A stretch of DNA of 64,000 nt, taken from positions 415 to 64,414 of the forward strand of contig CANQLD010000002.1 of the NCBI GenBank assembly GCA_947624625.1. Direction: 5' to 3'. Every line of letters starts with the position of its first letter. Position 1 is the first letter of the stretch. The stretch comes from an uncultured Clostridia bacterium (lineage in GTDB: Bacteria; Bacillota; Clostridia; TANB77; CAG-465). The notes beneath the pieces are model-generated. The model did not search any database and had not been told where the DNA came from. It saw nothing but the letters and a program-made list of their open reading frames with translations. Shown one piece after another: positions 20,935 through 28,744 of this stretch. Position numbers and translations under genes: made by a program.

Positions 20935-20963
20935 ATTATATCAAAATATTATGTAAAAGTCAA
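20935..20963 (-). promoter_or_regulatory. Sigma-A consensus promoter of the vWA-B/kinase operon
   Basis: Minus strand reads TTGACT (20958..20963), a 17-nt spacer, then TATAAT (20935..20940). Confidence 0.6.
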
Positions 20964-21011
20964 TAATTATGTTAATTATAAATATATATAATATCAAATA
21001 ATTACTAATTA

Positions 21012-21051
21012 TTCAAAAAATAAAAGACTAAGAAATTATTCTTAATCTTTT
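21012..21051 (-). terminator. Rho-independent terminator ending the TelA-PP2C-vWA-A operon
   Basis: 13-bp stem AAAAGACTAAGAA/TTCTTAATCTTTT (one G-U pair) at 21022..21051, followed by TTTTTT on the minus strand. Confidence 0.65.
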
Positions 21052-21064
21052 ATTTTTATACTAG

Positions 21065-21745
21065 TTAGAAATTCTCAAGCCAATTGTCAACATTTACAAT
21101 TTCCATCTTGCTTTGACTGATAGTTGTTTGAGTTATAGCATCCATTATTTGAACCAAAGCATCTTCGCTATTTTCTGGATCATATATCGAAGTAAAGCCG
21201 AGCTTTCTTGGAATGCTTCCATTACGTCCACCAAAATCGATAAAAATCATTGTGATGTCATTTTCAAGTGCCTCTGTCACACTATTCATTGCATCATCAA
21301 AATCATATCCAGAACCTTCTTCATCAAGACAATGCTCCCCATCTGAAAAATAGATGTTAAAAAGTGTAGGTGTATACCCTTGTTCAATTAGGGACTTTTT
21401 GGTTTGAATTGAAGAGTTTACAGAAGAAACAATTGCTCCATAAAGATCTGTCCAACCGTTTGCAGTATAATTTGTTGAAATATTCCTTATGTTAAGGTAT
21501 TTGCTATCGTTGTAATAATCTGCAAAATCAACCCTCGAAACAAAAATCCGTGATGCTTCTTCAGATGAAGAAATCTTTCTTTTGTATTCTTCAAGACATT
21601 CTCTCATAATTGATTCGTAACTATGCATTGAACTTGAACAGTCAAGTACTAATTTATAGAAATGCCCATCCATTGTACTTGGTGTTTCAAATAGGGTATC
21701 ATCCCCTTTAACACTGAATTCTTTCATCTTTTTTAAAACTGACAT
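21065..21745 (-). CDS. von Willebrand factor A domain protein (TerY-like), copy A
   Basis: MIDAS elements LVLDCSSSM, NGWTDLYGAI and IYFSDGEH. ATG at 21745 is preceded by GGAGGA. Confidence 0.75.
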   Translation of the reverse strand: MSVLKKMKEFSVKGDDTLFETPSTMDGHFYKLVLDCSSSMHSYESIMRECLEEYKRKISSSEEASRIFVSRVDFADYYNDSKYLNIRNISTNYTANGWTDLYGAIVSSVNSSIQTKKSLIEQGYTPTLFNIYFSDGEHCLDEEGSGYDFDDAMNSVTEALENDITMIFIDFGGRNGSIPRKLGFTSIYDPENSEDALVQIMDAITQTTISQSKMEIVNVDNWLENF

Positions 21746-21772
21746 TTTAAATCCTCCATTCATTTTTGTTTT

Positions 21773-22816
21773 TTATTCGTCGTCATTATTTAAAAAATTT
21801 AAAAGTTCTTCTTGCTTATTTTTCAAAGCTAAAGTATCAAAGCTTTTTTCAGCTTCTACAATCAAATCTTCAATACTAAAAAGTACAATAAAAAAATCAC
21901 CATTACTTAAAAAAGCTACTAAATTAGATATGTTCATTGTTTTAATCTTACTAAATTTTTCTCGTAACTCATCATAATATGTAGATTTTTTCAAACCTTC
22001 AATTTGTTCCTCTAGATTATTTAAATCGTGCATAAGAGGTACTAAATATTCAGATTTAAAATCCTCTTGATAGTTATACGACAAGTTATGAACTTTAGAA
22101 TATCTAATTGTACACTTTTCCAAAATATAGAAAAGTGTTGTGTATATATCTTTTAAGTTATTTGTATTAATTAAGTCATTAATTGAACTTTTAGAGAGTG
22201 TTTCTTCACCAAATACCCTTATTAAAATTTCTGAGATTTTTGATCTTGCCTGTGAAATACACTCCCTAAAACTTCCTTTATACTTTCCACGAATATACTG
22301 ATTATAATACTTAGATATTTCAGTATACAACTTAGTAAATCTATCTAAAAGAATTTTAGATAATGCTTCAAAGGTTATAAAATCATCAATCTCAGCCTGA
22401 ACTTTTCTAATTTTGTCAAGTAGTTCCTTGTTATATAATGGATTACAAGTAAAAACTAACTCATTACTTGTCATTGCTTTTACATATGCTTCATACTCTT
22501 GCTTACACTCTTTTTCAAGTTTATCAAGTTTTAAATTGAATTCTACGAACTCATTAGGACTTACAATTTCAATTCTTGAAAGTTTAGTTCTAAGAGAGTT
22601 AATATCGTCAATTAAAGTATTGCTTGCAACAAAAGGAAAATCAACTTTACTACCTTCCTCTTTAGAAGTACTTTCTGCCTCTTTAACAGCTTCTTCATCA
22701 TTTTGTTCATTAGATGTAGATTGATTTTTAAAAGAAAAATTAAAACTATCTTTTTTACTCAAAAGTTTCTCAAGAATCATTTTGTATAAATAGTTTAATT
22801 TATCTAGTAACTTCAC
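21773..22816 (-). CDS. Hypothetical protein, predicted mostly helical, with an acidic Ser/Glu-rich N-terminal region
   Basis: 347-aa ORF with a GTG start 8 nt after GAGGGGAG. It sits inside the TelA-PP2C-vWA operon. I recognise no family. Confidence 0.55.
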   Translation of the reverse strand: MKLLDKLNYLYKMILEKLLSKKDSFNFSFKNQSTSNEQNDEEAVKEAESTSKEEGSKVDFPFVASNTLIDDINSLRTKLSRIEIVSPNEFVEFNLKLDKLEKECKQEYEAYVKAMTSNELVFTCNPLYNKELLDKIRKVQAEIDDFITFEALSKILLDRFTKLYTEISKYYNQYIRGKYKGSFRECISQARSKISEILIRVFGEETLSKSSINDLINTNNLKDIYTTLFYILEKCTIRYSKVHNLSYNYQEDFKSEYLVPLMHDLNNLEEQIEGLKKSTYYDELREKFSKIKTMNISNLVAFLSNGDFFIVLFSIEDLIVEAEKSFDTLALKNKQEELLNFLNNDDE

Positions 22817-22833
22817 ATATTTTCTCTCCCCTC

Positions 22834-23775
22834 TTATGAGTAATTTTCATACTCAAGTTCAATACTATCTGCACCAAGCATAGCTAAAACTTCAACGTTT
22901 TCTTTATCAAGTACGTAAAATGTTAAGTTTATATCTCTTCCTTTAAAAGATTTAATGCAGCTTTGAGCAATACTTATTGAAGAGGAAGTTATATCATATA
23001 ACATATCTTTACCGTTACAAACAACACATATATTTTTTACCTTTGGAATAAAATAATCTCTACTTAACCTAAAAGTTGTAAAATATCTTCTAGAAATTGG
23101 TGTATGAATACCACTATCTAGCATCTTTAAGCAAGATTCCTTTTCCTTAATGGCGACCTCTAAGCAGCGGTCTAAATAATTCTTTTTCTCAATTTCAAAT
23201 TCTTTAGCTGTAATACAATTAGGCAGTTCAATATTTAAAGACTTTTCGTCAATCATTTTAATTAAATCAGCAATATTTAGACTTTGACTTGGAAAATCGC
23301 CACTATAAAAAGCCTTTTGTATTTCAGAAATATATTCTTCTGTTTCAGAAATTTTACTTACTTCAAGAATAGCAGTTGCCGAAAGCAATGTGTCATTTCT
23401 AAAAAAGAAACAATAATCACTTGTTAAATTTTTAGGTAATAATTTTTCTGCAACCCTCAAAAATTCTTCCTCAGTTATCCGTATATCAAAAACAAATATG
23501 GTAACAGTTTTTGTAAGTTGGGTTCTGTAGTTGTTTGGAAAAACGAAAGGTGCATAATATGGATAGTATTTATCATTTTTAAGTAATTCCCTTTCTTTTT
23601 TTTCGTCTACATAAACAACAGTTGCCGAGTTTTTGGAATTATTATCCCAATAGTCTCCTTGATATGGATAAGGATAAGAGCCTCCGTAATTTACTTGCTG
23701 CTTATTTACTGGAGGTTCATAATCAACAAAGCCATCAACGATTTCTTTTAAAATTTTAGTTACCTTTTTACCCAT
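22834..23775 (-). CDS. Hypothetical protein with a Tyr/Pro-rich N-terminus
   Basis: 313-aa ORF whose ATG overlaps the PP2C stop (ATGGGTAA). Contains GGSYPYPYQGDYWDNN. An alternating strand/helix pattern (TIFVFDIRITEEE, ICVVCNGKD) could be a MIDAS-less vWA-like fold, but this is unverified. Confidence 0.55.
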   Translation of the reverse strand: MGKKVTKILKEIVDGFVDYEPPVNKQQVNYGGSYPYPYQGDYWDNNSKNSATVVYVDEKKERELLKNDKYYPYYAPFVFPNNYRTQLTKTVTIFVFDIRITEEEFLRVAEKLLPKNLTSDYCFFFRNDTLLSATAILEVSKISETEEYISEIQKAFYSGDFPSQSLNIADLIKMIDEKSLNIELPNCITAKEFEIEKKNYLDRCLEVAIKEKESCLKMLDSGIHTPISRRYFTTFRLSRDYFIPKVKNICVVCNGKDMLYDITSSSISIAQSCIKSFKGRDINLTFYVLDKENVEVLAMLGADSIELEYENYS

Positions 23776-24493
23776 TTTGATTACCTCCTAAAAGTAAAAT
23801 TGTAGTATCGTCACAAAGATAATTTTTAAAAGACTTTATATAATTGTTTAATCTAGTATTTGCTTTATCTTCACTTAAGAAGTCAGAATTAGAAAGATAA
23901 AATTCTAGCTTTTCTTTCCCTTCTTTTCCTATACCATTAATTTTTTTTACAAAAGGATCAATACCATCGCTGGCAATACCTACAGCTTTAAAATATTCTT
24001 TCTTAAAGACATATTTTTTAAACTTAAGTTTAGGCTTGTCACTCATACAATAGTTGTATACAAGATAAGGTGGTTTGTTATGGTCATACGAAAAATGTAT
24101 ATACGAAAACATTCCACGTTTGTTTTGAGTAATTATATACCCGTCACCAAGTATATATACAATAAAATCGTCCTTTGTTTCAAAACAAGAAAGTAACGTA
24201 AAAAAGAGATTGTTTACAAGTAAATCAGTTGTATAGTTTCCGTCATTACAAATTTGCTTGTTATACTTTTGAAGCAAGCTTATTAACATCTCCATTATAT
24301 AGGTTATGTTTTCTTCAAATTTTTCTTCCTCATTACAAGTAGGAATTCCACCAAAAAGTTGAAGAATAAGCCTTGTACCAACTTCGCTATATTTACTTCT
24401 ACTGCAACCATCTGCTAACACACCAAAATTTTTGCCTGTTAAACAGAAATCTTGATTTGCATTGTGCTCTTTTCCTATAACTGATGCATACAT
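23768..24493 (-). CDS. PP2C-family Ser/Thr protein phosphatase-like protein
   Basis: N-terminal SVIGKEHNANQDF...GVLADGCS pattern and a later ILGDGYII/IASDGI pattern, as in bacterial PP2C_2-type phosphatases. ATG at 24493 is preceded by GGAGTG. Confidence 0.65.
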   Translation of the reverse strand: MYASVIGKEHNANQDFCLTGKNFGVLADGCSRSKYSEVGTRLILQLFGGIPTCNEEEKFEENITYIMEMLISLLQKYNKQICNDGNYTTDLLVNNLFFTLLSCFETKDDFIVYILGDGYIITQNKRGMFSYIHFSYDHNKPPYLVYNYCMSDKPKLKFKKYVFKKEYFKAVGIASDGIDPFVKKINGIGKEGKEKLEFYLSNSDFLSEDKANTRLNNYIKSFKNYLCDDTTILLLGGNQNG

Positions 24494-24519
24494 ATAGTTC
24501 ACTCCATTCCGTAACAATT

Positions 24520-25776
24520 TTACCACTCAAGTTTGTTTCCACTACCAGTTTTCTTGGTGGAAGTAGAAGTTTTTAGTCTGTCATATACAGTTTCTTCATC
24601 GTCAGCTTCTCCCTCACCAAGTAATGTAGCATTAAACTTACTTGATTTTTCAATAGCCTTTGCACGTCCGTGTTGTTCACTTTCTGCTTCTCTTACGCAT
24701 TTTTCAAACATTTCCTTACCTTCGTTAAATGCTTTTACTAAAACGTCAATGCACTGATTAACAACTTCTGCATCAACGTCACCCTTAGTAAGCAAACCAA
24801 CAATGTCAACAAAATTTGCCGCATGTGTATTTGCATTTTCAATCATAAGATTTTTGTTAAGCTCATTAAGCCCTTTGTAGCCATCAACCATTGAACGAAC
24901 CTTTTCAGCAAAAATAGCATTTCTTGCATTTTGACTGAAAATATTAAGGATTGTATCTTTAGCTGTGGTATACAAAAATTCCATTGCATTAAGCTCACCT
25001 ATTGTTGAGTTAATGAAGTTAGAAGAAAGATAAGTCGACTCTCTTTCCTCATCACGTTTTTTAAGTACAAGACTCATAATATTTAGTCCATTTTTTATAT
25101 CTTGAAATCTAAATAATTCATCCGTACTTAAAGCCACTGAATCTCCGTTTTCTTTCAACTGTTCTGCCTCTTCTTTAAAATGTTCCATAGCTATCAAACC
25201 CGCAATAATGTAGTCAGTAAGACTATCAATTGTCTCCTTATCCATTAAAGAAAGTTCTTTAGCTCTAGTATTTAAATTTTTGCACATACTTGCTTGTTTA
25301 TCCAAAGCAAGACCTAATTCTTCAAGAATTTCAGCAGAATTTTTCGCCTTTAAACTCATATCCTCTTTTTCCTTGTTACCAATAAACAAAGAAATCATTT
25401 TTTGGATAAAATTCTTTTCCTTTTGAACAATTTGCAGCTGACTAATTTCATCCTTCGACTTTGCAGAAAGTTCTGCAATTCGTTTAACCAGTTCTTCATC
25501 CTCTTTTTCTCCTGCCATTTCCTTCAAAAAATCCATATTTGCATTAGTGGATTTAACCGAAACATTTGAAGCATAGGCCATAACCTTATCCGTTGATGTA
25601 ACATCAATTTGCTCTGCAAGAGCTAAAACAGCTTCCCGTCTTTCGACTGGTAAAAGCCCGGCAGACTTTGCAGTAAGCATTGGCAGTGATGGAACATCAC
25701 TTTCATTTACTTCCACTATACTTGTTGTTTCTTCCGTCAATTCTTCCACCGTGTTTACGTTTTTCTCTTCAACCAT
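24520..25776 (-). CDS. telA: TelA-like (toxic anion resistance) family protein
   Basis: 418 aa. Shows the TelA-like N-terminal pattern LPVERREAVLALAEQIDVTSTDKVMAYASNV and a long helical body. ATG at 25776 is preceded by AGGAGG. Confidence 0.65.
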   Translation of the reverse strand: MVEEKNVNTVEELTEETTSIVEVNESDVPSLPMLTAKSAGLLPVERREAVLALAEQIDVTSTDKVMAYASNVSVKSTNANMDFLKEMAGEKEDEELVKRIAELSAKSKDEISQLQIVQKEKNFIQKMISLFIGNKEKEDMSLKAKNSAEILEELGLALDKQASMCKNLNTRAKELSLMDKETIDSLTDYIIAGLIAMEHFKEEAEQLKENGDSVALSTDELFRFQDIKNGLNIMSLVLKKRDEERESTYLSSNFINSTIGELNAMEFLYTTAKDTILNIFSQNARNAIFAEKVRSMVDGYKGLNELNKNLMIENANTHAANFVDIVGLLTKGDVDAEVVNQCIDVLVKAFNEGKEMFEKCVREAESEQHGRAKAIEKSSKFNATLLGEGEADDEETVYDRLKTSTSTKKTGSGNKLEW

Positions 25777-25847
25777 TTTCAAATCCTCCTTGTAATTTTT
25801 AATTAACTTCCTTACTATAGAAAGTATAGATATAATTATGTAAAGAC

Positions 25848-25876
25848 ATTATATCATTTTATGTCCACAAAGTCAA
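25848..25876 (-). promoter_or_regulatory. Sigma-A consensus promoter of the telA operon
   Basis: Minus strand reads TTGACT (25871..25876), a 17-nt spacer, then TATAAT (25848..25853). Confidence 0.6.
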
Positions 25877-25911
25877 TATTTATACTGTATTTTTACACAA
25901 ATCTAAATTCT

Positions 25912-25951
25912 CAAACAAAAAATAGTGGTCTAAAATTTAGACCACTATTTT
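25912..25951 (-). terminator. Rho-independent terminator after the Clp_N-AAA-M41 gene
   Basis: Perfect 12-bp stem AATAGTGGTCTA/TAGACCACTATT (25921..25949), followed by TTTTTG on the minus strand. Confidence 0.8.
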
Positions 25952-25984
25952 AATAATAAAATTAATTAAAAATAACAAATTAAA

Positions 25985-28120
25985 TTAACAAGATGCTACA
26001 TTTGCACAATTGCAATTTTGATAAATTTTATCTAAGTCAGATTTAACCAAAATACAATTTTTTACTAAGGCATTTGCAACTACATTCAAAAATTCTGAGT
26101 TATCAGCAAGTATTTCTTTTGCTCGTTTATATTGCTCAGCCAAAATTTGATTAATCTTAGAATTAATCATATTAATACATTCATTACTCGAATCAAGAAT
26201 ATTACTTTCAGCTCCATAAGAAGCAATACCAATATCTTTATCCATACCAAAAACTGAGATATAATTTTTAGCAATACTTGTTGCTTGTTCAAGATCATTT
26301 GTTGGACCAGTTGTCACAATACCAAATCTCATCTCTTCAATTGCCTTTCCAGCTAACAAAGTTGCAATTTCGTCAAGACAATACTTGCTATCAAAATTTA
26401 CAAAAAAATCATTTTTTTCAGTTACATTAACACCTAAATACGTTGATGTAGGTAAAATTGATATTGCTATTACATCATCTTTTTTTATAGAGCTAGTCAT
26501 TTTAGCAACAACATAATGTGCTGCTTCGTGGTATGCAATTTGCAAAACATCTTCTTTAGCCATACCATTAAATAGCTCTATACTATTTAAAAATACTTGT
26601 TTTACGTGTTGTTTTGTAACTTTGTCACTACCAGCAAGTTTTGCAACTACCATAGCTCTATCACATAAATCAAGTGTTTTATCAGGATTAGACGAATCAA
26701 TGTTAAAACACGAAGAAGCAGTTATAATAAACTTCAAAACACCATTTGCAAGACTTACATTATGGAATTTTTTAAGTGCTTCAACTTTTTTACTTATCAT
26801 TTGTTCTACTTTGTCATATTTAGGTTCTTTAACTTCAATTACTTCAAACCTTCTTTTATATGCTTTATCTGACTCAATAAAGTATTTATATTCTTCAAAA
26901 GTTGTTGTACCAATTACAATTGTATCATCTCTTGAAAGAATTGGTTTTAAAGCACCACTTAAATCACTTGTTCCTCCTTCAGATGTACCAGCACCTCTAG
27001 TTCTATGTATTTCATCAATAAAGAGAATTACATTATGAGTCATATTGATAAACTCTTTAAAAAGAACGATTTTTTCTTCAAACTCGCCTCTATATTTAGT
27101 ACCTGCAACAAGAGAGTCAATATCAAAGTTTACAACTAAATAATTTTCAAATTCTTTAGGGCACTCCTTATTTACAATTTGTTGAGTAAGAGCTTCAACA
27201 ATTGCTGTTTTACCAACACCTGGCTTACCAACAAGAATCGAATTTCGTTTAGTTTTCTTTGAAATAATACTCCAAAGTTGTGCAATCTCTTTATCTCTAC
27301 AAAGAATTTCGCATTTTTGACCTTTTTTATATTTATTATTTAAGACTTCACAACAATTCTCAAGTGCAGAAGGTATAAGCAGTGAATTTTTACTGCCACC
27401 TTTAGTTTTAAAGATATTTGAATTATTTTCAATATACCTTATAAAATCGTCAATTGTAACATTATTCATTACATCATCAATTATCATCTTCATAAGCTTA
27501 TATGCACTTGATTCTGGTATTTTAAGAAGATAATAAATGATAGGGTCAATCACTAAAACTTTAGAATTAGTTTTTTTGCACTGAACAGAGGCTTTTTCTA
27601 ATGCCTCATAAAGTGAAACTGAAAACTTTATTGTAATATCTGTTAAATACTCTTGTTCCTTTAACATCTCAGTTTGTTCATTTATTACGTCTTCTACGTA
27701 TTTTTCAACGTTTTCTTTAATTATTGCTTTAGCATCAATAAACTTGCCATCACCATTTTCGTCACTTGCACCCGAATCATTTTCTTCGTCACTTTCATTA
27801 GCTTCTTCTTCGTTTTCGTCTGAATTTTCTTCTTCTTCATCACCAAAAAAGTAATCACAAAATTCGTCATCAAATACACTTGCAAAAACAGAAGGATTGG
27901 TTACGATAGTGTTAATTATATCCGAAGCGTCAAGTGCTAACCCATTCTCAATGAAAAACTTTTCAATTACTGTTTCCTTTTGTGCTATTGCCCCAATAAG
28001 GAAGTAAGCCGACCGTATAGCTTGATCTTCAAATTTAGTTTGCAAAATAGTTGCTTGTTGCAAAGCATTTCTAACAACTGAACTAACCGGAATGTTAGTA
28101 TAATCTGTAAATTTTTTCAT
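25985..28120 (-). CDS. Soluble chimeric AAA+ metalloprotease: Clp_N-like repeats + ClpA/B/C D1-type AAA module + FtsH-type M41 peptidase domain
   Basis: Walker A ILVGKPGVGKTAIVEAL, then AGTKYRGEFEEK, Walker B ILFIDEIH, KRRFEVIEV and PDKTLDLCDRA (Clp D1 signatures). These are followed by AYHEAAHYVVA (HExxH, 26516..26530) and TTGPTNDLEQAT as in FtsH. No TM helix is evident. ATG at 28120 is preceded by AAGGAGG. Confidence 0.8.
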   Translation of the reverse strand: MKKFTDYTNIPVSSVVRNALQQATILQTKFEDQAIRSAYFLIGAIAQKETVIEKFFIENGLALDASDIINTIVTNPSVFASVFDDEFCDYFFGDEEEENSDENEEEANESDEENDSGASDENGDGKFIDAKAIIKENVEKYVEDVINEQTEMLKEQEYLTDITIKFSVSLYEALEKASVQCKKTNSKVLVIDPIIYYLLKIPESSAYKLMKMIIDDVMNNVTIDDFIRYIENNSNIFKTKGGSKNSLLIPSALENCCEVLNNKYKKGQKCEILCRDKEIAQLWSIISKKTKRNSILVGKPGVGKTAIVEALTQQIVNKECPKEFENYLVVNFDIDSLVAGTKYRGEFEEKIVLFKEFINMTHNVILFIDEIHRTRGAGTSEGGTSDLSGALKPILSRDDTIVIGTTTFEEYKYFIESDKAYKRRFEVIEVKEPKYDKVEQMISKKVEALKKFHNVSLANGVLKFIITASSCFNIDSSNPDKTLDLCDRAMVVAKLAGSDKVTKQHVKQVFLNSIELFNGMAKEDVLQIAYHEAAHYVVAKMTSSIKKDDVIAISILPTSTYLGVNVTEKNDFFVNFDSKYCLDEIATLLAGKAIEEMRFGIVTTGPTNDLEQATSIAKNYISVFGMDKDIGIASYGAESNILDSSNECINMINSKINQILAEQYKRAKEILADNSEFLNVVANALVKNCILVKSDLDKIYQNCNCANVASC

Positions 28121-28169
28121 TAAAGACTCCTCCTTTAATATAAGTAAGTATAATATATTATTTAAACAA

Positions 28170-28198
28170 ATTATACCTTCCGAATTTCGAATTGTCAA
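28170..28198 (-). promoter_or_regulatory. Sigma-A consensus promoter of the Clp_N-AAA-M41 gene
   Basis: Minus strand reads TTGACA (28193..28198), a 17-nt spacer, then TATAAT (28170..28175). Confidence 0.6.
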
Positions 28199-28242
28199 TA
28201 AAAATGAAAAAATACCACAATTTTTATCAAAAAGTGGCATTA

Positions 28243-28731
28243 TTAAAATAAATAACGATATATTTTATCTTTCCAATAATTATACAATTTTTCAAAACTA
28301 TAACAAGCATTTGTTGGAGAAGTTGATGGCAAGACCTCACATTCAATTTTAATATTTTCTTTATTATACTTACAAAATAATTCATAAGCTTTTTTACCAT
28401 TAAAAAAGATTTTTCTAATATTACTTTTATCTATAATGTATTTTAATTCATTAACTTCAACGTTTTTTATATTACTATCAAGTGAGCCCTCTATATCACA
28501 TTTTTTTATAACATCATATATCGCTATGTTATTTTTAAGTAACATTTCTTTTTTTTGTGATATAGTTTCAATATTATTCTCATTTAAAATTTTAGACATA
28601 AGTTTCCAAAATCTATTTTGTGGATGAGCATAATAGAAATTATTTTCTCTTGATTTAACAGACGGAAAACTTCCAAGTATTAAAATTTTACTATTTTTAT
28701 CATAAATTGGTTTAAATGTATGTTCTAACAT
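28243..28731 (-). CDS. UDG-superfamily DNA glycosylase (DNA-deoxyinosine glycosylase-like)
   Basis: 162 aa. Motifs ILILGSFPSVKS, FYYAHPQNRFW and LPSTSPTNA. Confidence 0.7.
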   Translation of the reverse strand: MLEHTFKPIYDKNSKILILGSFPSVKSRENNFYYAHPQNRFWKLMSKILNENNIETISQKKEMLLKNNIAIYDVIKKCDIEGSLDSNIKNVEVNELKYIIDKSNIRKIFFNGKKAYELFCKYNKENIKIECEVLPSTSPTNACYSFEKLYNYWKDKIYRYLF

Positions 28732-28744
28732 AAAATACTACCTA

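Noticed and set aside
28176-28192. TTCGAA/TTCGGA half-repeats in the spacer of the Clp_N-AAA-M41 promoter as an operator
   Set aside because: The repeats are only 6-7 nt, imperfect, and occur at a single locus. This cannot be distinguished from chance.
28121-28240. N-terminal extensions suggested by the ORF track (28121..28240, 4561..4629, 34712..34798, 30895..30939, 36239..36289, 58443..58469 and others)
   Set aside because: In each case a strong GGAGG-type RBS sits 6-10 nt upstream of an internal ATG. The extension would run through that RBS or through promoter elements and encodes non-conserved sequence.
14851-28242. Calling the kinase/vWA/TelA island a mobile element
   Set aside because: I saw no integrase, recombinase, tRNA target, or flanking direct or inverted repeats by eye. 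Codon usage alone suggests foreign origin, so it is reported as an island-like accessory region, not as a mobile_element feature.
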